Shown: in pieces, positions 12,286-25,107 of the stretch
How positions within the stretch are numbered: the stretch's first letter is position 1
How the letters are laid out: the number at the start of each line of letters is the position of its first letter
Assembly: GCA_964016885.1 (NCBI GenBank)
Contig: OZ024763.1
Location: forward strand, 20,894,001 to 20,958,000
Reading direction: 5' to 3'
DNA length: 64,000 bases
DNA from: Eledone cirrhosa
Lineage: Eukaryota
The notes under the pieces: model-generated
Seen by the model: only the letters and a program-made list of their open reading frames with translations
Told to the model about the DNA's origin: nothing
The model's database searches: none
Program-made: the position numbers and the translations under genes

Positions 12286-12806
12286 CATATAAATACATAC
12301 ACACAGACATATATACTAATACACATATACACACACATATCTACATATATATCTACACACATACATATATATATATATATATCTACATATATATATATAT
12401 ATATATACATACAAATATATATATACATACATTCACACACATATATATCTACATATACACACACACATATATCTACATATACACACACACTCATATATAT
12501 ATTATATATATATATACACACACACATATATATATACATACATACATATAGCGAGACAAAGTCAAAATTCTTTTGACATCAAAAATAAAAACAATAACAG
12601 TTGTTTGTCTGTAGAAAACCAGACGATAAGAGTGCTTTCATGCACTACCAATTTCCGTTAAGGGCAATATGTACTAATGGTTGCGTAAGACAATTTATGA
12701 ACACTGCTTTAGTTGATTGCATACAATAAATATATTAGGCCTATTCGATTTTGAATTATTAAAAATATTGATTAAGAATAATTAATATGGACGATAATTA
12801 TTAATA

Positions 12807-13447
12807 CAGGTAAAATTCCGTTATAACGAATTTTTCAGCATAACTCATTTTTTTTTCAATCACCCCCGGCCACAAGCTCGATGTGTTTCGGGTCGATCTC
12901 GTTATAAAGAATTTTTCGCTATAACGAGATTTTAAAAAATATCCCGTGAATTTCACTGTGTTAGTTTTTAAACGATTGTGTGGTACATTGAGCTTTTAAT
13001 TAACCAAAAATCTCGAATGAGATTTCTAAGTTGTCGGTTTTACTTCGTTTGTGTGATAAATGCCCTTGTGATGTGAATAATTTTAAACATCTTAATGCAA
13101 ACTTAGAGGAATGAACGTTTGGAAATAAAATAATAATGTTCTCTGATTTAGGCACAAGGCCAGTAATTTATGGGGGACGGGAAAATCGATTAAATCGACC
13201 CCAGTTCGTGACTGGTATTTTATCGACCTCGTAAGGACGAAAAGCAAAGCTAACCTCGGCCGAATCAGCAAATTAAAAAAAAATATATAGTTTTAATATG
13301 TTTATTACACTGAAATTCCGTTATAACGAAATTGACGGGTATTAAAAAATTCGTTATAACGAGATCGATGAAATACATCGAGATTGTGGCCAGGGATTGA
13401 AAAAAAAGTGTGATACTGAGAAATTCGTTATAACGGAACTTTTGCTG
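12807..13447. mobile_element. Tigger/pogo-type MITE with nested SINE fragment (~13135-13270)
   Basis: TA|CAGGTAAAATTCCGTTATAACGAA ... TTCGTTATAACGGAACTTTTGCTG|TA; ~100-bp inverted arms with repeated CGTTATAACG. Confidence 0.7.
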
Positions 13448-14217
13448 TATTTACATAAAGATTATAGTGACAAGCATCATATCGTTAATAAAGAACTTTG
13501 AACCTGGTTTCAACGAGTCGTTGTCTAGACGGGTTACATCACTAACCATGCCTATGCTCTTGAAACGAAGAAAAAAAAATGGTATCAATGTTACACAACC
13601 TTGGAGCTCTCTCCCCTTTTAAAGAAATGTGTAGCCTTGAGTGTGATAATTTAATAAACGAGTATTTCGTAGGAAATATTAAGGCCGTGTAGCTGTTACT
13701 AATTAATCAATGGGTAGAGTTAAATTAAGGTAGGCAAAAAGAAAGACAATTTAGCGGGAGTCAGGTTAATACAGCTGACGATATCGACATCACAAGGACA
13801 ACACAAGTAATAACTTTAATTCTAAAAAATACAGAGTATAGTAAATACCTTTTTTTTTGTATTTTCTTAGGTTTAAGGTCAGGGGGGTCATTTATTATAA
13901 GAAAATCTGTTGTTATACGGTAATGAAAAAAGATTAAAAAATGAACTTTAATTAAGAACCACGAAATTCTGATATGAAATCTATATATTATATTTAAGAT
14001 AAATAATATATAATGAATTAAATAGTTTTCTTTTCAACAACAGTACAACACTGGAAAGTACATTTACTCTCGTTAGTAAAACACACAAGAAATGTATTAC
14101 ATGGAGCTATGTTAACTCGAGGGAGAAAAATTACACCATGTCAGCTAATGTTTTAAATAAATAATGCAAAATTCCGTTATATATATATATTTTTTAAATG
14201 CAATACACAAATCGAAC

Positions 14218-14292
14218 CTTTCTATCGACATTTAACCAAGCATAGTAATCCTCCTGTACCAATTCCTCGTTGTCCTCCATGGGAGCAGCCAT
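14218..14292 (-). CDS. DNAJC11: DnaJ homolog subfamily C member 11, coding exon 1 (MAAPMEDNEELVQEDYYAWLNVDRK)
   Basis: ATG at 14292 in AAAATGG context; 25 codons ending at a GT donor (phase 0); DYY..LNV is the start of a J domain, resembling human [24 protein letters not shown] as I recall it. Confidence 0.9.
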
Positions 14293-14545
14293 TTTTACTG
14301 TTTTACGATATCGGTCGGTTAATTCCGAAAAAACACTTCCGATAATTTGACCATGTTGAAAGAAAATTCCATCTAAATTTATATCTAATTCTTAATGAAT
14401 AAAATTGGCAAATATATGTGTTTTAATCAAATAAATAGTTCACTTTACGAAAATCACAATAAAATACTAATGTTATGTAATGCTGCGTTATAACTATTTA
14501 GTTGACTTGTAGCAGTCGGCCGCTTCCTGTAAAATTTCCCCGAGT
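14293..14545 (-). promoter_or_regulatory. DNAJC11 5' UTR / proximal promoter
   Basis: Unique CpG-containing sequence immediately upstream of the ATG; ETS-like CTTCC motifs (e.g. cgcttcctgt at 14521). Confidence 0.45.
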
Positions 14546-14994
14546 TTTTCTTGTGAAATACACAGGGTATCCCCTCAAAAATGTATACCCACTTTGATTA
14601 GGCATTATTTATTAGACTGCTGTACTTGTGTGAATACATTTTTTCGGACTCCCCATATATATATATATATATTAGAGAGTGAACAACACAAAATATAACT
14701 ACTCCATTACCAAAGGTTTCTGGATTACAGTCAATAATAATATATACGTCTGGATCAGTCGTCAGATAGAGATGTTATCTAGATGTTATATATATATAGG
14801 AAAAGAGTCAGGACCCCGACAGCTGGATTAAGTACTCTGGTGCGTTATGGTCCACCTGGTATCTTACCACACATTCTTTATTATATATATGGTTCTTTCT
14901 CTCTCTCTCCCTCTCTCTCTATATACATATATCTTCTACTTTTGACTTTATATGTATATGTATATATTATTTCATGTTGCTCCAGTATACACAA

Positions 14995-15122
14995 CTAAAA
15001 ATGAGTACCAGCAATATTTTGGGAGTTTAACCCTGCGATGGACTGGCGTCCTGTCCAGGGGTGAGTATTGTACTCTCAGTCGCTTAACGCCACGGAAACC
15101 TGGATAAGCACCGGCCTGATGA
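14995..15122 (+). mobile_element. SINE 3' fragment (MetaSINE-like as recalled)
   Basis: aaccctgcgatggactggcgtcctgtccagggg...gtcgcttaacgccacggaaacc...gataagc.ccggcctgatg resembles a widespread metazoan SINE body. Confidence 0.5.
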
Positions 15123-15124
15123 TG

Positions 15125-15184
<60 letters not shown>

Positions 15185-15708
15185 TATTTATCTCATATTT
15201 TCTTTTACAATTTATTAAAATAAATATAACAACATTCTTACTTTTTTTTTCGTAATAAAGGCAAAAAAATATATATGCATTTTTTTATATTTTAGACACA
15301 TACACACGGGTCCCTAATAATGTGTGTGGTGGGTGGAATAAGCGGGGGTGGGTGGACATAGGTAATATCTCTAGATTGTTTTTTTTTTTTTTTTTTAAAA
15401 ACCAGAATTAGATGTTTAGTTTACATATTGAGGGCCCCCCCAACCCATCTTATTTATCTTATAACGCATGGGATTTCTAGTAACGGGTTTTTTTTTGGGG
15501 GGGGGGGGGGGGCATGTATAATGTTTTTTAATGTTTAAAGAAAAAAAATTTTGCCGGAGATAGATTAGAAGAATTTAATAAGCCGGAAAGGGGTCGGGCG
15601 ATGGGTGGAATAAGAGCGGGGGTGAGGTGGGGTTCTGAAAAAATTAATAAGCGGCGTGTTTGTGTATGCGTGTGTGTGTGTATGTGTATGTATGTGTGTG
15701 CGTATGTG

Positions 15709-15744
<36 letters not shown>

Positions 15745-15974
15745 CGTGTGTATGTATATATGTGTGTGTGTGTGTATTTATATGTGCGTGTATGTATGTG
15801 TTTTGTGTGTAGGGCAAACGTTTCGGAAAAGAAAAAAAATAATCTGAAAAAATTAACAAGTGCGTTAGTTTCTGTGTGTGTGTCTAGGGCTCGTGGGGTA
15901 GGGACATTTAATTAAAGACCCCACCCGAGACCCTCCGAAAGTCCGAGAACACATATTTTCAAAAATTTTAATTT

Positions 15975-16132
15975 ATGCTGCAGCAGCAGCGTGACCTGGC
16001 GGTGATAATAGATAATAATATTAGCAGCCGGTCACTTCCGGTGACGCAGGCGTGTTAGTGATGCTGCCGACTTTGGCATTTGTATGATGCGGATTACTGC
16101 TGTCCCAGCTTAGATTTAGTGACAAGGTGAGT
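15975..16132 (+). promoter_or_regulatory. Probable promoter and first (likely non-coding) exon of a divergently transcribed gene
   Basis: Locally GC/CpG-rich; CACTTCCGG (ETS) overlapping TGACGCA (CRE-like) at 16033-16048; consensus donor AAG|GTGAGT at 16126/16127; no downstream coding exons identified. Confidence 0.5.
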
Positions 16133-16659
16133 TTCACAAGCGACTTGTTGACATTCTCACATTATTTTATCACTCGCTCACCCTTTAACCCCTTTAAGTA
16201 TTTAACCCAGCCCTTAATTTGGGCCAGAGTTTTCTCACATATTTCTGTTCAAACCCGACAAAACACCCCCGACCGTAGTAACTGCTCGCCACTCATACTG
16301 ATGTTAAGGAATTGCTCTCAAAATAAATATGAAAATCTCATAGCTTCGATATTTTTCCATATTATCTGAGATATTTATATGAGGTAAATCCTTCATCGTA
16401 GAAATATATTAATATATATATATATTAATATATAGATTAATATAAATACTAAAGGGTTAAATATCAAACTGTTGCTTCACACACACATATATATATATAT
16501 AATAACAAACAAACATGAGAAAATATTAAGAATTAAGAAAACTTCATGGATGATAAAAACTTTAGTAATTGTAAAAAGAACAAATTTTCTTTTAAATTTT
16601 TACTTTTACTTTCCTCTCTCTTTCTCATCTCGATTGTCATTCAATTCTTTTTGTGAGTG

Positions 16660-18240
16660 GGGAATTTAGGGGGCTTCTGTCATTTAATTATTATTTATTT
16701 TCCTTTACTTTCCTTTCTCCTGTTATCTCGCTTTACTTTCCATTCCCTTGTCATCTCTCTCATCTTCGGGAATAGGGGATAATTAAACATATCTATAGAA
16801 CTCCCCTCTCTCTCATCTCGTCTCGATTGTCGAGCAATGTTTTGGGGGAATTTAGGGGGCGGGGCTTCTGTCATTTAATTATTATTTATTTTCCTTTACT
16901 TTCCTTTCCCCTCTCATCTCTTCGGGGTTAGGGAGAGAGGTGATAATTATTTGCTTACTTTAAACATATATATAGTTCTCCCTTCTCTCCTTTCGATTGT
17001 CGAGCAATTATTTTAGGTAGTTTAGGGGCTTCTGTCATTCAATTGTTTTTTTCCTTTCCTTTCCCCTGTCACCTCTCATCTCTTCGGGGATAGGGGATAA
17101 TTAAACATATCTATAGTTCTTCCCCATCTCCTCTCTCTCATTTCGATTGTCATTCAATTATTTTGGGAGTTTGGGGGCTTCTGTCATTCAAGTGTTATTT
17201 TCCTTTCCTTTACTTTCCTTTCCCCTGTCATCTCACATCTCTCTCCTCTTCGGGGATAGGGAATAGTTAAACATATATATAGATCTCCCTCTCTCTCTCC
17301 TCTCGTCTCGATTGTCATTCAATTATTTTGGGAGTTTTAGGGTCTTCTGTCATTCAATTGTTTTTTTCCTTCCTTCCTTTCCTTTCATCTCCCACCTCTC
17401 ATCTTTTATCTCCTCGGGGTTAAGGATAGGAGATAATTATTTGCTTACCATAAACATATCTATAGATCGCCCCTCTCTCCTCTCGATTATCGAGCAATTT
17501 TTGGGGAAGTTTAGGGGTTTCTGTCATTCAATTATTATTTATTTTTCCTTTCCTTTCACCTTTCATCTTTCTCCTTTTCAGGGATAGGGGTTAAGGAATG
17601 AATCATTCCTTACCGTAAACATCTATAGATCTCCCCTATCTCCCCTCTCTCTCATCTCGATTGTCATTCAATTTTTGGAGGGAGTTTGGGGAGCTCCTGT
17701 TATTTAAATATTATTTTTTCCTTCCTTTCCTTTCCCCTGTCTCCTTTCATCTCTTTGGAGTTAGGGAGAGGGGATATTTCCTTACTAGAAACATATATAT
17801 AGATCTCCCCTATCTCTCTCTCTTTCATCTCGATTGTCATTCAATTATTATTTTTTTCTTGGGGAGGGGAGGAGGGAGGGCCTTGTGTCATTCAATTATT
17901 TATTTTCCTTTCGCCTTTCATCGTTCTCCTCTTCAGGGATAGAAGATAGGGGATAATTAAATGCTTACCATAAACATATCTATAGATCTCAAATGTCAAG
18001 CAATTATTATTTTTTGGAGGGAGTTTGGGGCTTCTGACATTCAATTATTGTTTGTTTTCCTTTCTTTTCCTCTCTCATCTCTCAGGGGATAGGGGTTAAG
18101 AGATAATTATTTGCTTACCTTAAACATAGATCTCCTCTATCTCCTCGTTTCCACTGTCATTCAATTATTTTTTCCTTTCCCCTCTCTCATCTCTTATCTT
18201 TCTTCTCTTCAGGATAGGAGATAATTAACTGCCCCACTTT
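16660..18240. repeat. Degenerate ~150-190-bp tandem repeat, about 9 units
   Basis: Recurring ggggcttctgtcattcaatt / ggggataattaaacatatctatag / tctcgattgtc blocks. Confidence 0.8.
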
Positions 18241-18319
18241 CTCTGGCAATTCCCCGTGTCCCCTGTCTGATACATGAGTAAAGAACTTGTTTCAGTAGTT
18301 TAAATTATATATATGTGTG

Positions 18320-18385
<66 letters not shown>

Positions 18386-18514
18386 CACATACACACAGTT
18401 TAAATTGTATATGTGTGTGTCTGTGTGTGTGTGTATGTATATATATACATATATACATACATACATACACACAGAGACACACACACACATATATAATTTA
18501 AACTGTGTGTGTCT

Positions 18515-18588
<74 letters not shown>

Positions 18589-18694
18589 GTTGTTTAAATA
18601 AACCAGTGGTTCCATACCTTTTTCACTACCAAGACAAGATCCTTTGTTTATTTAAATGTAATTTTCCTCAATTTCCTACGGTCCCCGCGCCTTA

Positions 18695-19090
18695 AACTGA
18701 CGGACGGTCCCCTTCATCCGTACAAAACAACCATTGCGGACCTTCTTGTTCGTTATGGGTTTGCAGACGACCAGGCTTTTTTTGAAAATAAATCTGACGA
18801 CAGACGCCTTCGTTTAATCAAACACCCTCTTGTTCATTGCTGACCCCCTTTTGTTTATCAGGGGTTTGGTTTGCAGACGACCAAGCTTTTTACGAGGCTT
18901 TTTTGAAAATAAAGCTAACTGCGGACTTCTTCGTCCGTACAATCAACCATTGCGGAGCCCTTTTGTTTATCAGGGATTTGCAGAGGACCAGGCATTTTTG
19001 AAAATAAATCTGTCAGACGGACCCCTTTCGTTCGTACAAACAACCGTTGCGGGCCCCTTTTGTTTATTAGGGATTTGCAGACGGCAGACT
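18695..19090. repeat. Degenerate ~100-130-bp tandem repeat, 3-4 units
   Basis: Repeats of caaccattgcgg...ccttttgtttat..gggatttgcagacgaccagg..ttttgaaaataaa. Confidence 0.7.
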
Positions 19091-19404
19091 GGGAATCGTT
19101 GAACTAAAATAATAGAAGACGAAGACCCTACCGTATTAATTTCTTGTCCTATCCATTATACAAGCTTAGTCTTGTTTGCTTTTGTGCAGAGGGAGACCTG
19201 TTGCTGCTGCACGCGTGCAATTAATTGCATGTGTCGAATTGGATGTAAAAATGCATTTTAAACACCTTTTTTTGTTTCCCCTGTAAAATATGTTTTCGAT
19301 AGTATTTGTGGTGAGTTTTTTAAAGAAAAAATAAACAATTATGTAACTTAAATAATTCTTATAACACACGGACAGTTTTTAAAACAGGATAGATATATGA
19401 GGAT

Positions 19405-19990
19405 TGATCAAGATACGCTCATGGAGTGACCAAATGAAGTTTATTTTTCTGGCCAAGATACTCTCATGGAATGGACCAACTGAGGTTTATTTTTCTGACC
19501 AAGATACTCCCATGGAGTGACCAAATGAAGTTTATTTTTCTGATCAAGATACTCCCATGGAGTGACCAACTGAAGTTTATTTTTCTGACCAAGATACTCC
19601 CATGGAGTGACCAAATGAAGTTTATTTTTCTGGCCAAGATACTCTCATGGAGTGACCAAATGAAGTTTATTTTTCTGATCAAGATACTCTCATGGAGTGA
19701 CCAAATGAAGTTTATTTTTCTGGCCAAGATACTCTCATGGAGTGACCAAATGAGGTTTATTTTTCTGACCAAGATATTCTCATGGAGTGACCAAATGACG
19801 TTTATTTTTCTGGCCAAGATACTCTCATGGAGTGACCAAATGAGGTTTATTTTTCTGACCAAGATACTCTCATGGAGTGACCAAATGAAGTTTATTTTTC
19901 TGACCAAGATACTCTCATGGAATGACCAAATGAGGTTTATTTTTCTGGCCAAGATACTCTCATGGAATGACCAAATGAAGTTTATTTTTT
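19405..19990. repeat. 45-bp minisatellite, about 13 copies
   Basis: Unit aagatactctcatggagtgaccaaatgaagtttatttttctgacc, head-to-tail with no spacers. Confidence 0.95.
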
Positions 19991-20320
19991 CAACATAGTC
20001 TCTAGAAAGAAACAATGCAGTTATTAATAGGAAAAATTGAAATCAGTATCTGCAAGATTTCACAGCTCTAGCATCACTCCTTCATAGTCAGCCTATGAAC
20101 TTTTTAGCTCACCCTCGTATAATAGACACCGAGTATATTACTGGTACTTAGTGCCAACGATAGTGATGTCTTTTAGACTAGGGTATAAGGGAGTTTATCC
20201 TTTGAATAGAATATACATGGTCCCCCCCCCCAAATATATACACACTTTCATCACCTGTACAGGCAATATCTATTAGAATAATGGTGTATACATTTTTTGG
20301 GGACACCCTGTGTGTGTGTG

Positions 20321-20406
<86 letters not shown>

Positions 20407-21605
20407 CATGTGTGTGTGTGTGTGTGTGTTTATAACTGTAAGATTGTGTGTGTGTGTGAAAGGAGAAACATCTCTTATGCGATCACTCGACCTGCTAGAA
20501 ACACCAGCCAAATCTTCCTCCGATGATCATACCCTTACTATGTTATCTTAAAGAGATAAAGGGGGCCCACATCAGAGAATGTAGTTGTAGATATACAAAG
20601 AAGACGAGATGGTCACGGTTGGCACGCTTTTGTCCACCAATCTGCTTGTTTGATTAGTGGTGACGAAAGACAAACAAAACAACTACAACTAATACAACTG
20701 TAACATTTATAAACAATTATTTAAGGCATTGTTGTTGCGCCCGTTGTTGTTGAACTTTAGGTCAGGCATTCGATGTCTGTGTATATTCAGGTGATATATC
20801 GGTGACCCCTTTAGTGAGGAAACACCGTGCTCACTCTATGATAGCCATGGCTGCAATAATTTTCACCATAGCTCTACTTCATCAGCTGACCTGGGGTTAA
20901 AGAACAATTACATAAAAACACAACTGCCAAATTTTCAACCGCATGGTTTTTCATGTTATAATAATGGCTTCTGATTTAGGCACAGGGCCAACAATTTTGG
21001 GAGCTGAAGGGGGAAAGTCGTTTAAATCGGCCCCAGTGCATTACTGGTACTTTAATCGACCCCACATAAGGATGAATGGAATAGTAATAGTAAAAATTGT
21101 TTCTGATTCAGGCACAAGGCCAACAATTTTAGAAGGGAGTGAGGTGGAAAGTCGTTTAAATCGACCCTAGTGTGTCACTGGTACTTTATTTTATCGACCC
21201 CCCCCCCCCCCCGTGAGGATGAAAGGCAAAGGTAACTTCCACTGGATTTCAACTCAGAATGTAAAAAGCAGGAACAAATGTTACTCAGGGTTTTACCCAA
21301 CACCCTAACGATTCTACTAAATAGTTGTTTCTACTTTTGGCACAAGGCCAGCAATCACTCAGTACATTACTGGTACTTTATTTTATCGACCCCGTAAGGA
21401 TGAAAGGCAAAGTTAACCTCGATTGGATTTGAACTCAGACCGTAAAGGGACGTAACTATGCTGGAAAGCATGGCGTCCGACCCTCTACCGATACTGCCAA
21501 TCCACCGCCGATTCTACTAAATAGTAATAGTAATTTAGCTCTTCTAATGAATTTGAATGTTTGATATTATTAAATATGATTTTTGAACACAAGGAAATCG
21601 TGTAG

Positions 21606-21656
<51 letters not shown>

Positions 21657-23800
21657 ATGTATACGTACTTATATTTAAGTAACAGCCGTACTAAGAGTGA
21701 GAAATGAAATTTCGTTTCATTTTTTCCGTTTATATATATATATATATATATATATGGCTACACGTTCCAAAATTATATATATACATACATACATGTATAT
21801 GGATGAAGATAGTTAAATGTCTCGTTTTATAATTATGTTATGGCAATCAAGCTGCTAACGAGTCTCTAAAGGCTTATAGGGACCAGGTTGCTGCACATAC
21901 TTCTGGAAGAATATGGAAAAATAAATATATATATATAAAAATAAACCCAACCCAAACCCCCTTAAAAAAACCTTAACAAAAATCAAAACATTCTTAGAGT
22001 ATTTATTTATATAAGGATTTGACAGGTCTCAACCCTGTGATCTTTCTGTTATGTATGTGGCGGGGAACAGAGGATCAATGGCGATTGTTGACTCCCAGCC
22101 AGAACATCTACTGTGATATCCTAATAATAACTAAATGATAATAATGGTATATGTCTCGAGAGGGTTGCTGCTTATTTTTTTTTTTTTTAGCCAATTCCAT
22201 CGTCCCTCTTTCCACATAAACACATCGGCCCACTTCGTTTAGACCTATGTTTAAAGGGATTCCAGCTAAGCTATGACCATCCCATCTTGTTGCTTTTCTT
22301 TCAAACATGGTGTACCCTGGACTAAACCATCCATTAAATGTATCCTTTAAAAAAAACAAAAAAAAAACGTTAGGGTGATTTTTCAGGATAATTTAGCTGC
22401 TGTTTCGAGCACGTTACGCAACCATGCAAAATATTCATTCAAAATGTTGGGGTGTTTTCCCTTCGTTTTGGGTGGAAATATCAATATTTTAGGGGACTAT
22501 TTAAAAATAAATAAATGCCACAATAAGAAAATATTTAAAGATATCGTTAGTGTTTGTTAATTTAACGCAGTATTATTAATTAAATTCTATATTTATTTTA
22601 CGTTATATCTTTTTAACTACAAACATGTTTCTATATTGAGGGCGTAACCCCGCCGAGGTTAACTTTGCCGTTCATCCTTACGGGGTCGATAAAATAAACA
22701 CATTATACACTGGGATAATTGCTGGCCTGGTGCCAAAAGTAGAAACAGTTATTATTATCATTGGGTGTCGTGATGGGGGCATCTAATAAAAAATAAAGGT
22801 GAAAGACCAAATGGGTTTGCAAGAGACCCGGTCTTATGAGTCCTTTATTTAATTTAAATTATTAATTTATTTTTGTTAAATTACGAAGATAAACATCTCT
22901 TTGGATATTAATACCAATTTATTTCTTGATTTGATACTAGTTCCCAACTGCGAGATCCATCACACACACAGAAACCCTAGTATTGTGCCGTATTTACTCG
23001 ACTATGTCACTTCTACCAATTGTGACGAAATTGTTAGAGAAGGGGACGCCATGTTTTTGAAGCACTATGGACAAACTTTTGTTCCAAGTTGCTCTAATTG
23101 CAGGTGACAACAGCAATAACAACAATAATTTAACGACCTTAGCGGACCGAAATATATGCTTAATATTCAATTAATATTCAAATATTTAATATAGAGAGAG
23201 TAATAATAATAATTGTTTCTACTATAGGCACAAGGCCAGCAATTTTGGGGTGCGGGAAAATCGATTAAATCCGCCCTATTGCATTACTGGTACTTTATTT
23301 TATCGACCTCGTAAGGATTTTAATAAATTGAAAGAATTATCATGCCCCCAGTGCCTTAGTTATGCTTTATTTTATCGATCTCGTAAGGATTTTAATCAAT
23401 GAAAACAGTTAATCCACAGAACCAAATTTAGACATGGTGTGACCCTAAAGCTTGAAGACACCGTTTTTTTTCTCTCTCTCGCTTCGATTATATAATTTTG
23501 TGTATTATATTTATAAAGTTCCTAGCAATAATTAGTTGTATTTATTATTTGTGTTTATATTTTTATTCTGTAAGAAGTATTCGACAATGAAAGTACTTTA
23601 TTAAGAAAATAATATAAATTGCTCGCAATTCTTTCAAGACATTACAAATATAATGTCTAAACCGTGTATAATAACACAATAATATAAATTCTTTGAATTA
23701 TACAAGACGTATATGTCTTTTAAATAAATACTTGGTGACTTTAAGCTGTGTTTAGCATGAATCTTAACTTATGTTCTTTGGAAGTGGTAAAGCCATTCGT

Positions 23801-24083
23801 AAACTTATTTGATCGTGGCACCCATGTCTATATTTTACAGACAAGAAACACAACCGTAGTTTTAATGAAACATTAAATGGGACAAACATTGTTTTAGATA
23901 GAAAATTTATTGATTTGAATTATAAAAATGATATTGTTATTACACGACACCTTATAAAGTAGTTGGTGAACTTAGTTTGTCACGGCACCCATGACTATTT
24001 TACGGACTAGCAAGACAACCGTAATTTTAATAACATTAAATTGAACAAAGATTGTTTTAAAGAGAAAATTTATTGATTTGAAT
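23801..24083. repeat. Diverged tandem duplication, ~168-bp period
   Basis: ggcacccatg...acaaccgta...gaaaatttattgatttgaat occurs twice. Confidence 0.7.
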
Positions 24084-25070
24084 AAAAAAATAATCTTATA
24101 AATTAAGGAACCCACTTTGGTATAAAACTAGAGGTCTCACGTTTATTTTCACTATTTTTATCCTCTAAGAACCGATAATATTAATATATGTAAATTTATC
24201 GATTTCTGACAATCGCAAACCTCAATTTCAGGGGGTTTGGCGGGTATGACCGGGTAAATTATCAGTTTTACTTAAATGGTACTTTATTTATTTATCGACT
24301 CCTTCAAGAATGAATAAAATAACAAAGTTGACTTTAGTGTAATTTGAACCGAGAACAGTAAAGGTTTAGATGCTGTTACTAAATTCTAGAAGACATCTTG
24401 TTCGTTCGTTCGTGCCTCTGGCGATTCTGCCAAATCACCACCCTAATATTAATAATATATTGATATCGATTGTATCGATTATACTTCCATTTCAAAATCG
24501 ACCTTCAACTAAAGTAAAAAGCAGTTATATATATTTTGAAAGGGTACCCGAGTTGATATGTACTAAACGAGACTGGATTAATTAATCATTAAGCAAAAAT
24601 AAGCTCATGTTTAGGGCATCAAAAGAATAGGGACCCTATTTTATTCAAATTAATTGTATTTATCATTGTAAAAAGGAAAAAAAGCTAATATTTTTGCAAG
24701 CGCTGTTGTCTTGCTATATATGTTTTTAAGTCCTTAGGGGCCCCAAACGGACTTAACCCTGCCCCGAGGGGCCCCAAACGGACTTAACCCTGCCCCGAGG
24801 GGCAGGGTATTTTTAGCATGTATATTCTTAAGTTGTGATACCTGTGGCCGTAATAAATCACATTATTTGACACACACACACACACACACGTATTTAAACA
24901 TTGACATACACGGACTAGGGTCACTTGAACGTTTAGTATACTGCAAGGCCATTGAAAGAGTCTCTACGTAGTCGTTAGACCTGCTAGAAATAGTAGCCAA
25001 ATCTTTCTCAAACCGTATTCCATTATCTTAAAACGGATGTGGTGGGGGTTGAAGATACATTTGATAATAT

Positions 25071-25107
25071 ACTACTGATGATTTCTTACGAATGAAACAG
25101 TTCTAGT
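25071..25107 (+). ncRNA. Minimal hammerhead-like motif; relatives at ~500-585 (inverted pair) and ~11560-11592
   Basis: ACTA-CTGATGA-TTTC ttac GAAT-GAAA-CAGT-TC-TAGT. Confidence 0.5.

Noticed and set aside
19405-19990. CRISPR-like regular repeat array
   Set aside because: Units are contiguous with no unique spacers, there are no cas genes, and the context is eukaryotic
22108-22359. 83-aa minus-strand ORF with an acceptor-like start
   Set aside because: Overlaps a dispersed repeat also seen near 20590 and 38650; no donor or recognisable protein motif
23030-23110. AAACATGGCG (YY1/start-like) on minus and CAG|GTGAC donor-like site on plus
   Set aside because: The minus frame closes after 16 codons; no supporting exon chain
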